NCBI RefSeq assembly: GCF_006345805.1
Contig: NC_043005.1
Coordinates: forward strand, 7,626,001-7,690,000
Direction of reading: 5' to 3'
Length of the DNA stretch: 64,000 nucleotides
Source of the DNA: Octopus sinensis
Taxonomy: Eukaryota
The translations under genes and the position numbers were made by a program. Under the pieces are notes generated by a model. That model worked only from the letters and a program-made list of their open reading frames with translations. It had not been told where the DNA came from and did no database searches. How positions within the stretch are numbered: position 1 is the stretch's first letter; every line of letters starts with the position of its first letter. Positions 24,717-38,869 of the stretch are shown here, piece after piece.

Positions 24717-25100
24717 GGTGGAGGCAATGGCCCAGTGGTTAGGGCAGCGGACTCGCGGTCATCGGATCGCGGTTTCGATTCCCAGACCGGGCGTTGTGAG
24801 TGTTTATTGAGTGAAAACGCTTAAAAGCTCCACGAGGCTCCGGCAGGGGATGGTGGTGATCCCTGCTGTACACTTTCACCACAACTCTCTCTCACTCTTA
24901 CTTCCTGTTTCTGTTGTACCTGTATTTCAAAGGGCCGGCCTTGTCACTCTCTGTGTCACGCTGAATATCCCCGAGAACTGCGTTAAGGGTACACGTGTCT
25001 GTGGAGTGCTCAGCCACTTACACGTTAATTTCACGAGCAGGCTGTTCCGTTGATTCGGATCAACCGGAACCCTCGTCGTCATAACCGACGGAGTGCTTCC
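24717..25100 (+). mobile_element. SINE family C
   Basis: Full length; TSD actcagttcaagt. Confidence 0.9.
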
Positions 25101-25186
25101 ACTCAGTTCAAGTATGCCGGATCTCGACGACTTGTCCAATTTATTCCACCATGGAAAGCGGACGTAAAACGATGATGGTATAAATA

Positions 25187-25273
<87 letters not shown>

Positions 25274-25384
25274 CTTCCCCGTCACACATAGTTGAATGAC
25301 TTAAATTTCTATCAATATAATGTATTAAATCGGTATCTGAAAATAGATGAAACTTATTATACATCATTAATAATATTGGTTACA

Positions 25385-25595
25385 AATTTTGGCATAAGGC
25401 CATCGATTTACGGGGAGGGGGTAAATCGATTGCATTGACACCAGTACTCAACTGGTACTTATTTTATCGATCCCGAAAGAATGAAAAGCAAAGCCAGCTT
25501 CAGCGGAATTTGAACTCAGAACGTAAAGATGAACGAAATGCTGCTGTCAAGGAATTTCCTCGCCACAGTAGCGATTCTGCTAGCTAGCCGCCTTA
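25385..25595 (-). mobile_element. SINE family B variant, old
   Basis: Diverged B head and central domain. Confidence 0.7.
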
Positions 25596-25779
25596 CACAC
25601 CATTAATAATATTAATTGATGTTCCAAGGACTTATTGTACATATAAATGTATTTTCCAATTCATTCTATGCTAAAAACAGTCACATACTTGGCCACTGTG
25701 CGGTTAGAGTGAATCTAATTTCATTCTTGCCCGTCGTCCAGTTGCTCTTCCTATAAACATTATAAGTGTAAAGTATATA

Positions 25780-26346
25780 TTGGGTTGTCCGGAAAGTTCA
25801 TGCCGATTTTTAAAGGAAAGGAAAAGGTTAATAAATACTTGCCATTACATTTTTAATCAACCAGATATGAACCATTTTGTTGCACAATGCGTCTCCATCT
25901 TTCCTTTAACTTGAAAATACCCTCTTCCCAGAATTGAGTTGGTTTCATGGCAAGAATTTATCAAGGTATCTTTTTACGTCATCCAAAAAATTGAAATTTT
26001 TACCATTAATACTATTCTGCAGAGACCTAAATAAGTGGAAATCTGAAGGAACAATATCTGGTGAATATGGAGGGTGGGGTAACACATCCCAGCCGAGCTG
26101 CAGCAATTTTTGTCTGGTTCCCAAAGTATAAAGTGCCGAAAATGAACTTTCTTATTTTCCACTTTAAAAGGTTACAGAATTAACACAGGTTATATAGGAA
26201 CATAAACCTTCTTCCACGAAAAGATAGCTTAAACTGTGCTCTAAATGGAGGTGTAGTCACATCCTATTTTATGAACTCAACCATGTTCTAAAATAAGTCG
26301 AAAGGTTAGCTACTGTAAATCGGCACAAACTTTCCGGACAACCCAA
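25780..26346 (-). mobile_element. Internally deleted mariner
   Basis: ~30-bp TIRs TTGGGTTGTCCGGAAAGTT..., TA TSD; MENKKVHFRH N-terminus joined to LPHPPYSPDIVPSDFHLF C-terminus. Confidence 0.9.
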
Positions 26347-26406
26347 TACTTTACGATGCCTCTATAAGATAGAGTATCATATCAGTTCTATATTAGATAA
26401 CTTCAC

Positions 26407-26821
26407 GGATCTTTTCGGTTTGAGCGGCAGTTTTTTCTAGCGGTGTCATATGAAATTGTCACCCAAAATGATAACCCTAGTATCGATCTATTGCATTTCA
26501 ATCTGTTTTAGGGTTAGGGTTAGGGGTGGGGAAAGGATATCCTTTTTTCTTCACAAATGTAAATAAACCCAATCTGTTTCTTAAACGATGGACATATTCA
26601 TACGGCACAGAATGTTGTTTACCTCAATGGACGTCAGTGATTGGTTGAAATTGCAGAAATTGAAGAAAAAACCCCCAAATATCCTACAAACTATAGAAGT
26701 TTCTCAATAAAGCCAAAAGAAAAAGATGTTTTATAAACACATTCTACCAGTATACGAAGTTTAAAATTTTTTAGTTACCTAGAAATTATGTTAAAAACTG
26801 CCGTTCAAACCGGAAAGATCC
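26407..26821 (+). mobile_element. MITE family D
   Basis: ~29-bp TIRs; TSD aacttcac/gacttcac; internal (TTAGGG)3. Confidence 0.9.
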
Positions 26822-26884
26822 GACTTCACCACTTTTTCTCACTTCCTCAATCTCAGACGAAAGGAAAAGCTTGAGATGTTAGAG

Positions 26885-27219
26885 CAGGGATTCTCAACCA
26901 TTTTTACCTATGAATTACTATTTTATTTTGGTGGACCCCCTTAGTCATTCGATGCTTAAAAACTAGTTTTATAAAAAATTCTTTCGAAAGTTTTATTTTG
27001 TCTTCCATACATAAACTTGTGTAGGTTGAAACAATGTAAGATGTTAGAGAAACCTAGCTGTTTCTTGCAATACACCAATACATATGTCTAAAGCAACATT
27101 TTTTTCAGAGGTCCTTAAAATACTATTGTGAACTCCCAATATACTTTTTTGTTACGTGGACCTCCAAAAATCTAATTTGGATCCTCAGGGGCCATATAGA
27201 CCCCGGTTGAAAACCACTG
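26885..27219. mobile_element. hAT-type MITE
   Basis: TIR CAGGGATTCTCAACC/GGTTGAAAACCACTG; 8-bp TSD tgttagag/tattagag. Confidence 0.8.
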
Positions 27220-27944
27220 TATTAGAGTTTACAGTTCTCACTGAAAATGAATTTTCCATCTCTTCATTTGAAAACCATTCACAGATACTAACCTCCACCA
27301 GTTTTTCTCGCATTTCGGATTACTTGATAATATTGATCAAGTTTATTCAAATTTGGTTTTAGTAAAATGAAAGTGTAGTGTAATCACTAAAGTAAGGTGA
27401 TGTAACTTACAAGGGAATTTTCGAAAAGTCCATGCTAAGAGGGAAAACACCAGTTACTTGAGCTAACTACTGGTTAGAAATAGCAAGAAAAGCTCTTTGA
27501 AATAGATCAAGCCAACTTTAAAAAAAGCACAAACAAGACCAAAAATGACAAAAAAAACAAACAAAAGAAACCTCGTATCCCTAGCCTTTTATCATGGATC
27601 TGATCTATCGGGGCTAAGCAGCAATGATAAATGAAACATTTTTGTGCACAGTCGTCTTATTGTGACCCCCCAATCCTTAACTAGGAATTGTTTTATTTAC
27701 CGCAGAAGTATGAAATGCAAAGTTGACACTAATGAGATATGAACTTAGAACACAAAGAAAATAAAGAAGTATATGAAAACAAAATTCATCCCCAACAAGT
27801 ATGCAACAACGATCTACCATATTTTATCGAAAGTTACGTTTTCAGTGATAGCTTAACGTGAATGATTTACATAAAGTTAATGCAGAACTGATAACGCTGA
27901 TCTGATGTTCCGTTATTATGCCAGCAATATTATTTAAGAAACTA

Positions 27945-28163
27945 AGACGGCGAGCTGGCAGAAACGTTAGCACACCGGGCGAAATGCTTACCGGTATTTC
28001 GCCTGCCGTTACGTTGTGAGTTCAAATTCCGCCGAGGTCGACTTTGCCTTTCATCCTTTCGGGATCGATAAATTAAGTACCACTTTCGCACTGGGGTCGA
28101 TCTAATCGACTGCACCCCCGCCATTCCACCAGAATTTCGGGCCTTGTGCCTAGTGTAGAAAGG
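27945..28163 (+). mobile_element. SINE family B variant
   Basis: 19-bp TSD aatattatttaagaaacta. Confidence 0.9.
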
Positions 28164-29198
28164 AATATTATTTAAGAAACTAGCTGGCTCCGCACCGTAA
28201 AAAACGACGGCTAATTGTGGTATTTTATACATAAATAAGTCCAAAAGATAGAATATAGATGGTAATTCAAATTGATATACTTTTCAATGCTATCTATTGG
28301 TTGTATTTTGAGATGTAATATCGATTCATACCAATATTCACATACTTCCCTTGTGCACGCCCACATACACACTTAAACTCACGCAGAGTTGGAACGATGT
28401 TTGATTTTCTTTTCAGCGTTGAATGTTCACCATCCCACTTCCATTGCACACACACACATACACACCTTCACACACCTCTCTTTTACATACACTCACATAT
28501 ACTTACAGAGTTGAAACGCTGTTTGATTTTTTTCATCGTAGAATAGCCATCTCCGCTTCCTTCCGATTCATCTATCACCCCTTCCTTCCTCATTCATATG
28601 TTGCGACGAAGAAATATAAGTCGGGATTTGAATAAGAATGTCGATTTTGATTTCGATTTAGAGACGGAGATGGATTATAGTTTAAATCAAGTAGGAGTTC
28701 ATGTTTAGTTCGGAGTTTAAAATTAGATCAAAGTTTCAATCAAACGATGTTTTCAGATTAGGCTTTAGATAACGACATATTTTAAGGTTTAAATCTAGAT
28801 TTTCAATTAAAATCTCCGATTTATTTGCGTTGACGGTTGACGACGTTAATCTCATCGATGTTGGAGAATCTGCGAAAGGGAGGAACACAGAACTTTCTTT
28901 GAGACTGGAAAAAAAAAAGAACTAAAGAAAAAAGCAGAAAATAGAGAATTTAAAACCGCAATGCATATTGCCCAACAGTGTATCGACTCTGTCACTCTAC
29001 CGCCCTTAAAACTGGCTAAACAAAAAAAAAACTATCATGATCAACCGATAGCGGTCGCTATGTTATCAAGGGGAAGCACTCTGCAATCTACAGACAGAAT
29101 TACCTCCCTGGCCAGTTGTACGATTTGAGTGGTAGTAACGCTGTTAGAAATTAACAGTCGTGCTACTACAGTTGCTTGACAGTACTATTAGTAACGGG

Positions 29199-29583
29199 GT
29201 GGAGGCGCAATGGCCCAGTGGTTAGGGCAGCGGACTCGCGGTCGTAGGATCGCGGTTTCGATTCCCAGACCGGGCGTTGTGAGTGTTTATTGAGCGAAAA
29301 CACCTAAAAGCTCCATGAGGCTCCGGCAGGGGATGGTGGTGATCCCTGCTGTACTCTTTCACCACAACTTTCTCTCACTCTTACTTCCTGTTTCTGTTGT
29401 ACCTGTATTTCAAAGGGCCGGCCTTGTCACTCTCTGTGTCACGCTGAATATCCCCGAGAACTACGTTAAGGGTACACGTGTCTGTGGAGTGCTCAGCCAC
29501 TTACACGTTAATTTCACGAGCAGGCTGTTCCGTTGATTCGGATCAACCGGAACCCTCGTCGTCGTAACCGACGGAGTGCTTCC
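29199..29583 (+). mobile_element. SINE family C
   Basis: Full length; TSD attagtaacg. Confidence 0.9.
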
Positions 29584-29833
29584 CCAAAATTAGTAACGCG
29601 AGATTTTTGAAAACAAAAACAAAAACAAAAACAAAAAACCTGTAGACGCTTTTCATAATAAGTATAATTCGATAACTGTAATTCGGATTGTTCAGAAGAC
29701 TGTCCCCATCAAAATAAGCTTATCACATTCGCTGCTACTTTGCTTTCACTACAATGCAGTATAAGCCCAATAAATCATAAAATTCCACATGAACACAGAC
29801 ATTGAATGCAGACGTATTTTGATAACTTAATCT

Positions 29834-30268
29834 GTTTCTTTATTACCTATTTCTTTACTACCCACAAGGGGCTAAACACGGAGAGGACAAACAAGGACAG
29901 ACAAACGGATTAAGTCGATTTACATCGCCCCCAGTGCGTAACTAGTACTTAATTTATCGACCCCGAAAGGATGAAAGGCAAAGTCGACCTCGGCGGAATT
30001 TGAACTCAGAACGTAACGGCAGACGAAATACCTATTTCTTCACTGCTCACAAGGGGCTACACACGGAGTGGACAAACAAGGACAGACAAACGGATTAAGT
30101 CGATTACATCGACTCCAGTGCGTAACTAGTACTTAATTTCTCGACCCCGAAAGGATGAAAGGCAAAGTCGACCTCGGCGGAATTTAAACTCAGAACGTAA
30201 CGGCAGACGAAATACCACAAAGCATTTCGCCCGGCGTGCTAACGATTCTGCCAGCTCGCCGCCTTCCA
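29834..30268 (-). mobile_element. SINE family B tandem dimer under one TSD
   Basis: TSD tattttgataacttaatct encloses one full and one 5'-truncated unit. Confidence 0.9.
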
Positions 30269-30982
30269 ATATTTTGATAACTTAATCTCAACACAGAAGT
30301 CCAGATAATATTCCTATAATGAACTGCAAATAGCAGTTTCTTCAACTACCTCTCTATTTGTCTCTCTGACTCTCTCTGTCTTTCTCTTTTTCTAACTATC
30401 TTTTGTTCTAAATTATGGCAAGATATGGGAGTATGGCCTCATTTCAAGTGAGACAACCTCGAAGACTCTGATTGTTATTGGTCATTCTTAGTATTGGCAT
30501 GTCGTAAGTAACCACAATTACGTTTATTATAAAATAAGATCAATGAAACTCGAAATCTCATGTTGGGCATCATAGTTCTTTTGTTCTTGTAAGAACTTTA
30601 ACGAAAACGAAGTGAATGACATTGACACGGCCAGAAGAGTCTTCAACTACACTCGGCCCCGTGAATCTTGTTGCAGTTGCCTTTTATTTAGTGTATTAGA
30701 AGTTACTTGTAGCGTATGTTGACTGAGTCCGCTATATCAGTCAGTTAAATTCTTTAACTATTCTTTTTGTGCAAATTTACAAACAAGCTCACTGCTGAGT
30801 AGCCACATTCACTTCCATGAACTTAAGTTTAATCTATTGCATACAGGTATCTCATACTCAAAATTTAGGTGCCTTCAACCGCCAGACAATTATAACTTCT
30901 ACGAGATTTCAAAAAAAAAAATTCATGCACTCTGCTGTGGACATTACACTTGAGACTTGTTGAGCAACAGTATGAAAATCTT

Positions 30983-31405
30983 GGATCTTTTCGGTTTGAA
31001 CGGCAGTTTTTTCTAGCAGTGTCATATGAAATTGTCACCCATAATTATGACCCTAGAATCGACCTATTGCATTTCAATCTCTTTTAGGGTTAGGGTTAGG
31101 GTTAGGGGTGGGGAAAGGGTATCTTTTTTTATTCACAAATGTAAATAAACCCAATCTGTTTCTTGAACGAGGGACATTTTCATACGGCACAGAATGCTTT
31201 CACCTCAATAGACGTCAGTGATTGGTTGAAATTGCAGAAATTGAAGAAAAAAAAAACAACAAATATCTTACAAACTATAGAATTTTCTCAATAAAGCCAA
31301 GAGAAAAAGATGTTTTATAAACACATTCTACCAGTATACGAATTAAAATTTTTTTTAGTTACCTAGAAATTATGTTAAAAACTGCCGTTCAAACCGAAAA
31401 GATCC
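30983..31405 (+). mobile_element. MITE family D
   Basis: Perfect TIRs; perfect 8-bp TSD aaaatctt; (TTAGGG)4. Confidence 0.92.
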
Positions 31406-32247
31406 AAAATCTTTATACATAGTAAGGAAACACTCTTAAAACACTACACCATCCTAGTCTAATTTAACGATATCAAGAAAACAGTCTATTACACACAGTC
31501 AAGAGAAGCTTTTATATCCTCCGTACTAATGAACAAGATATAGCTAAAGCTTTCACACACCCACAAATGCTTATCTTTACAGTCTTTGGCGAACTTTTCA
31601 TGACATCAGCACACATCTAGAACAAAGCCATGATAGTATCTCGAAAATTGATAACCCTTTCGGGATCAGATGTATGTATGTATGTATGTATGGTATGTAT
31701 GTATGTATGTATGGTATGTATGTATGGTATGTGTGTGTGTGTGTGTGTATACAATACATGCATACAAACATACAATATATGGGAAGAACAGAGCCAAAGC
31801 CCTAAAGGCAATAGGACACAGCGGTCAGCTGTTCTAGTTGGACCTAGTCGAGGAGGAACAAAACCAACTTCCGTATCGATTGAAGGCGACATTTTTGTCT
31901 TAAAGCTAAGGGAAATAACTCTGAGTGAGTCATTATGCTAGCATTGACGTTTCACCGCTACCATGACAACCAACGCTATTTCTTCTTTAACTCTTAACTT
32001 TGAAAGCTGAGTCAACGGAGAGGAGTTACAACAAGATGCAATGTCCGGGCGGATTAAATGTACAGGTCACCGATATGCAAGTGGCTAAAAAGTGTTAAGC
32101 AGAAGGGCACCCAGAAAATCATGAGTTTGATGCGGCACGGCACGTTTCGAGTGTAAGACGTTAAGGGCCGAAACACTTGCTTGCGTGGGGTTTCTTCTCT
32201 GTTCAGCTCTCTTGAGAGTTTCTTGGAACTATATACAGACAGACAGG

Positions 32248-32278
<31 letters not shown>

Positions 32279-32304
32279 TGTACGTACAAATAAATAGATA
32301 TACG

Positions 32305-32339
<35 letters not shown>

Positions 32340-32396
32340 TTGTACATACAAATAAATAGATAAGCGCGCGCGCGCACACACACACACACACAAAGA

Positions 32397-32840
32397 GGAT
32401 CTTTTCGGTTTGAACGGCAGTTTTTAACATAATTTCTAGGTAACTAAAAAATTTTAAACTTCGTATACTGGTAGAATGTGTTTATAAAACATCTTTTTCT
32501 CTTGGATTTATTGAGAAAATTTTATAGTTTGTAAGATATTTGTTGTTGTTTTTTTCTTCAATTTCTGCATTTTCAACCAATCAATGACCGTCTATTGAGG
32601 TGAAAGCATTCTGTGCCGTATGAATATGTCCCTCGTTCAAGAAACAGATTGGGTTTATTTACATTTGTGAAAAAAAAAAAGATACCCCCCTAACCCTAAC
32701 CCTAACCCTAACTAACCCTAACTCTAACCCTAACCCTAAAATAGATTGAAATGCAATAGATCGATACTAGGGTCATAATTATTGGTGACAATTTCATATG
32801 ACACCGCTAGAAAAAACTGCCGTTCAAACCGAAAAGATCC
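32397..32840 (-). mobile_element. MITE family D
   Basis: Perfect TIRs; (CCCTAA)n expanded at about 32688-32739. Confidence 0.9.
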
Positions 32841-32950
32841 GTTTCTTCTCTGAAAGCCTTCTACTGTTCAGCTGTCTTGAGAGTTTCTTGGCACTACATA
32901 CATACAGACAAACAGACAGAAAGACAGACAGACAGACGGACAGACAGACA

Positions 32951-32998
<48 letters not shown>

Positions 32999-33322
32999 TA
33001 CATACAAATAAATAGATATGCGCACGTGTACACACACACACACAAAGATAGTTGTTCATTAGGTTTTCATCAGTCAAATAAAACAGACACTCGTATGGTT
33101 GGCAACATTGCTTATTCAGTGTTATGAATTTAGTCTCATAGCAGCTGATTCATGTTACCGAACGGTTTCGTATTACAGAATCTTCTAAGGTAAATTAACA
33201 GTCATCAGACATGGCTGAATGGAAGTGTATATTCTTTTATAAGTCTTTTATTCTTGGAGATCTGAAAATATCACGTTCGGTGTACAAGTCTCAAAGACAT
33301 AAAAAAAAAAGAAAATAGATGA

Positions 33323-33636
33323 CCCGGGTTCAGTCCCACTGCGTGGCACCTTGGGCAAGTGTCTTCTGCTATAGCCCCGGGCCGACCAATGCCTTGTGAG
33401 TGGATTTGGTAGACGGAAACTGAAAGAAGCCTGTCGTATATATGTATATATATGTATATGTGTGTGTGTTTGTGTGTCTGTGTTTGTCCCCCTAGCATTG
33501 CTTGACAACCGATGCCGGTGTGTTTACGTCCCCGTCACTTAGCGGTTCGGCAAAAAGAGACCGATAGAATAAGTACTAAAAGGTGGTGCTCCAGCATGGC
33601 CGCAGTCAAATGACTGAAACAAGTAAAAGTAAAGAG
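33323..33636 (+). mobile_element. SINE family A, 5'-truncated with internal deletion
   Basis: Starts at the B box. Confidence 0.85.
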
Positions 33637-33818
33637 TATAGGTCTTAGGTTATTTGAGTTATGTCCCTTAGATTTGTCCTTTTAGTCATTATCCTGTATG
33701 TCAGTACTCAAATGGTAACTGTCCATCGTAAATGTTTGCACGAGTGTGGAATGAAGAAGGAGTTAGAGTCAGGGAGAAAAAGGAAATGTGATACAAAGGG
33801 AAGTGCTTTATAGAAGAA

Positions 33819-34217
33819 CTAGCAGTATCGCCCGGCGTTGCTCGGGTTTGTAAGGGAAATAACTATATAAGCATTTCTAGAGATGTAAAGTATAATAGCC
33901 ATCTCAATATGGCTAACCACAAAGGGTGGAGGGTGTTACTGTAGCTTTTTACGTTCTGAGATTTAATGATAAATTTTTAGAGAGTTACTTCCCTTATATA
34001 TGCCAAAAATGCATTAAAAATGGGAAAAATTGATGGTAAATTTTTTTTTTAATCGTAGACTCATCGTAGACGCGCGCTAATACCCAGAAGGGCTCGATAT
34101 GAATCACGACTATAAGATACCCGGTTTTGGTTAAACTGCACCGCAAAATGTGGGAGTAGTTAGGAATCTAAATCGTAGGAGACAGACAGCACACAACCTC
34201 TCTTTTATATATAAAGA
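33819..34217 (-). mobile_element. Non-autonomous Helitron (family E)
   Basis: Near-identical to the 23380 copy, inverted. Confidence 0.9.
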
Positions 34218-34769
34218 TGTGTAAAGGTGTGTCTAAGTGTTGGGCCTGGTGGAAATGATTCCTTTTATTATGGTAAGAGGGCTTCTAATGGGGAAAGAAC
34301 CTACCCATCATGATGAAAAAAGGACAATTCTTCGCTTTTAGAGTGCAGATACGATCCTGGTTAAAGGGAATTCCTCCAGGTAATCCCTTTCTCCCCTAAA
34401 GAAAATTTGCACCTCGTACTGCTGTTGAGATTGGGTAAGCTCCACATATGTTACATAGAGGCCGTCGATAATGAAGCAGCGGTAATATCGAAGGACCGCA
34501 AAAGGGTGACGCAAGTAAAGATATGTTGGTGCAATAGAAGGCCCCTTGAAGACCAGACATGACAATCACAAGTCATTTTTTAAAATTCATGAGGGACTTA
34601 ACGTCACAAAATGGTGAAGCGTATATGGATATTGAAAGAAAAAGCAGCGCAATATGGTATCAGCTGAAGATCAGTGGAAAAAAGCAGACCTTACCTAAAC
34701 AGCAACAAGAAATGCAGACTTGATAGAAACCATATTGAGTGGAATCTGTTGACAATTCGGCGGTTGTGA

Positions 34770-34960
34770 AAGATAAAGCTGAAAGGATTACAGCTTGGCA
34801 CCAGTGATGTCGCAACTCATTTCTACAGCTGGGTGACCTGGAGCAACGTGAAATAAAGTGTCTTGCTCCAGAACACAGCACATAGCCCGGTCCGGGAATC
34901 GAACTCACAACGTCATGATTGTGAGCTGGACGCTGTAGCCACTGAGCCATACGCCTTCAC
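34770..34960 (-). mobile_element. CORE-like SINE (family G)
   Basis: tRNA head with gagttcgattcc, then gagcaagacactttatttcacgttgctcc. Confidence 0.75.
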
Positions 34961-36403
34961 TTAAATAATTTTTCTGTTACTTTTTTTAAAGAAATTCTTT
35001 TCGATTATTTTCATATCAATAATATTAGCAAAATTTCAGGGAGACAATTTTAGAAAACAGTATTTAGAAAGTAAAAATGAAATGGAAAGAAAGATATTAA
35101 TACTTAAGACATTAAGAAATATTTTAAGATCTATAATTAAGTGGAGTTTTAGTACTTTCAACAGAAAGGAATACCCCTAACAGTTATTCTGTTTCTAGTG
35201 TAAAATACGATAAAAGGCCTGAAAGAAATGTGCGACAATACGGCAGTAGATATAGTCTAAAGAATTGTAAGATTCATACATACCGAAAATAAGATAAAAC
35301 ATCATATCATATTATTAAGAATATATGTTATTTCTGTTAAATATTTTGTGGTATATTATAAAAGAACCTTATATTAGAATTTCATCATAATTCTTAGAAA
35401 TATTGTCCTATGACCAACTTCTATCTTGTCACAATCGTTGGTGTTCCTTACAGTAATCGGTCGTATCAAAACGCGATCACCATATATATATATATATGTA
35501 ATCATCTCTTCTACGTGATGGATTAGCAATAATATCGATCGGCAGTAAAGTTGCTCATCAATAAAACAATAAAATCACCAAACCATTTCAAAACAACAGT
35601 TAAGCAGAATTCTCTATTTGATCAATCACCAATAAAACTGTTCAGTTTTAATGTCCTCTAAAACTATTTGTTTATTTGTCCACAAAACTATTAAGACACT
35701 CTTTCAACTTCTCTTGTTAACTCACTCAGCTATTAAATGGCTTAATTATAAAAAACATAACTAGGAGGTACTCTAAGATGTTACTCAATATTTGATTATG
35801 CACCTGTCAGAGAATCAGTCCTCCCTCAATCCTTTCCCCCCATCTCATCATTACACATATCAACAATCAACTGTCACTCACACCAATGACTTAACGAGCA
35901 ATTGGTTACCCAATAGATTGATCCAACTACCGGTTTATGCTAATGTTATAGCATCCCAAAGAGTTCACTCAAGCATGACCCATTTAAGTATTATTGTATT
36001 TATTCAATAATGATTTCCAAGAAAAATAATAATAATAATAAAAGGGGAAAAAAACGATTGCACAATTACCACTCAATACTTCGGTTATTAACCATGACGG
36101 TTGTTACCCTTGTTGCTTAGCTCCAGATCAACTATGATCCAACAGACCTTTGTTCAAAGGAACTTCTATCTAGAAAATCTGGGGCTATATTTTCTAATGC
36201 TTATTTTCTTGTTTAAGATGGTGGGAAATTTGAAGGAAATTAACTGTTCATTCTAGCAGGTCAACTACAACCACAAATAAGCTCTATATAGAGGTTTCCA
36301 GTCTCTAAATCTGGTGTAAACTCACGTTCCACACATTCTCTCAGTCATAAAACTCCCTGGGAAAAGGTCCATCCTATCATTTACTGTGTTAAAGAGTTCA
36401 AAA

Positions 36404-36650
36404 CGTTGGACGGACAATTCGTCAACAGACAGTTGGCCGACAGACATGCAGTTTAATGCTGGAAAATTCCAAGCCCTGCTCTACCGACACGCAAAATTGA
36501 ACAAAATGCAGGCAGGATACAGAACTCGTTTCGTTTTGATGATCTCCATGATCGATACTTCCGCATGTCGACTTTTTGTCCAATCAGCCAATTGTCCAAT
36601 CGGCGAATTGTCTGTCGGCGAATTGTCTGTCGATGAATTGTCTGCACACG
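36404..36650. mobile_element. MITE with 15-bp subterminal repeats and an internal CR1/L2 RT fragment
   Basis: TSD gttcaaaa; ggcgaattgtctgtc repeats; internal MQFNAGKFQALLY. Confidence 0.6.
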
Positions 36651-37166
36651 GTTCAAAACAGGCAACGTTCTTTTGCTACGAGGAATGTAAAGACTAACGC
36701 TATAGGTCTTATTCTAACTCTGATTTTTGGCGATGTCGGTCATCACCAGTTTCCTCAGACCCGGAGTATTTCACATAAAAATAAAAGGAAATTTTTTTCT
36801 TAATCAGAAACCATGTTGGAGTGGCAGCGTCAGGTTGTATATTAGAATAACAGTGTAGGGTTGTATATTTCTTCTGTTTCTTTTACTATCACTACCATGA
36901 TTTCTGCTCTTTTAAATTCGTCCACCTCATCTAAATCACGTTGCACTTGCGCAGCATAACGTACCATTACCACTACCACTACAATTATCGCCGTAATTAA
37001 CTTAAAACCCACAGTTTAATCGCCGAAATACATTTCTCTTGCTCTCAGCATACCACCTTTCCCAGCTATCATCTGGAAACGCTTTAATTTCGCTATCATT
37101 CTTTCTCCTTTTCAGATAAATGGATAAATAAGCAATTACATCGCGGAAGAGCCATATTAGCCATGG

Positions 37167-37204
<38 letters not shown>

Positions 37205-37567
37205 CACACACACACACAACAAAAAAAAAGAGTTAAATTGAATTTCCATTTATATTTCCAGGTGTCAATATTTTCGCTGCACGACTGTGACCTGGTCACT
37301 TACAAAGTTCCATTGCAACTGTTTGAAATTATATTAATGGCCAGTTCTAATAGTCTTCAGAGATTTTTTTTGTCTTGCTGTCAGTTGTATACATGTTGTT
37401 TCACTTTGATCTTTTGATATTGGTAATCGATTAGTTATTTCCAAGTTCCATTCTTTTGCTGGTTCACATCTTTGTATACATTATTGTTGCCATTCCATTT
37501 TTGTCTCCCCTTATTTTTCTTCTTTCTATTCTTGAAGGTTAATTTTGAATTTATGCCCACCCCATTT

Positions 37568-37951
37568 GGAAGCACTCCGTCGGTTACGACGACGAGGGTT
37601 CCGGTTGATCCGAATCAACGGAACAGCCTGCTCGTGAAATTAACGTGTAAGTGGCTGAGCACTCCACAGACACGTGTACCCTTAACGCAGTTCTCGGGGA
37701 TATTCAGCGTGACACAGAGAGTGACAAGGCCGGCCCTTTGAAATACAGGTACAACAGAAACAGGAAGTAAGAGTGAGAGAAAGTTGTGGTGAAAGAGTAC
37801 AGCACGGATCACCACCATCCCCTGTCGGAGCCTCGTGGAGCATTAGGTGTTTTCGCTCACTAAACACTCACTACGCCCGGTCTGGGAATCGAAACCGCGA
37901 TCCTACGACCGCGAGTCCGCTGCCCTAACCACTGGGCCATTGCGCCTCCAC
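37568..37951 (-). mobile_element. SINE family C
   Basis: TSD caccccattt. Confidence 0.9.
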
Positions 37952-38485
37952 TCACCCCATTTACTATGTATAAGAATATAGAAATCTTCAAGTATTCTGG
38001 AGTTATTAACGCATAGTTATTAACGCATAGTTATTAACGCAAAATTGATAGTAGTGACGGAATCAATTTGCTAAGAACTCTATCCTCTGAATACCACAAC
38101 ATCCACCTCGAACTATCATCGATGTTTACCATTGGTTTTGTTTTCTTCATCCTCACATCCTCATCCGCATATCGTTATGTTCATTACTTTACCGTGATAC
38201 CATCGCCTGATACGATCGCAACGACACTTTTGTTATCTTTTCCCATCACATTTACTCTGATCTGCTAATTATCAGCACGTTATTTTCTTCTCGTATCGTT
38301 TTGGACATATTTTTTTAGTTTGCTTGCTATGTATTAAATAAAGCGTGTATATGCTGTCTATCTTTATGCTTGTCGTGCGAGTGATTTTATATGTGTACGT
38401 ACGCATGCGCAATTACACACACAAACACACATACACGCAGACACCGAATAGGAATGTGTACACGTCTATGTCAGTATATGTACAT

Positions 38486-38868
38486 GTGAAGGCGCAATGG
38501 CCCAGTGGTTAGGGCAGCGGACTCGCGGTCGTAGGATCGCGGTTTCGATTCCCAGACCGGGCGTTGTGAGTGTTTATTGAGCGAAAGCACCTAAAGCTCC
38601 ACGAGGCTCCGGCAGGGGATGGTGGTGATCCCTGCTGCACTCTTTCACCACAACTTTCTCTCACTCTTACTTCCTGTTTCTGTTGTACCTGTATTTCAAA
38701 GGGCCGGCCTTGTCACTCTCTGTGTCACGCTGAATATCCCCGAGAACTGCGTTAAGGGTACACGTGTCTGTGGAGTGCTCAGCCACTTACACGTTAATTT
38801 CACGAGCAGGCTGTTCCGTTGATTCGGATCAACCGGAACCCTCGCCGTCGTAACCGACGGAGTGCTTC
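38486..38868 (+). mobile_element. SINE family C
   Basis: Full-length copy, head-to-head with the 37568 copy. Confidence 0.9.
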
Positions 38869-38869
38869 T

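Noticed and set aside
32688-32739. Telomere or chromosome-fusion scar
   Set aside because: The CCCTAA repeats are internal to MITE family D.
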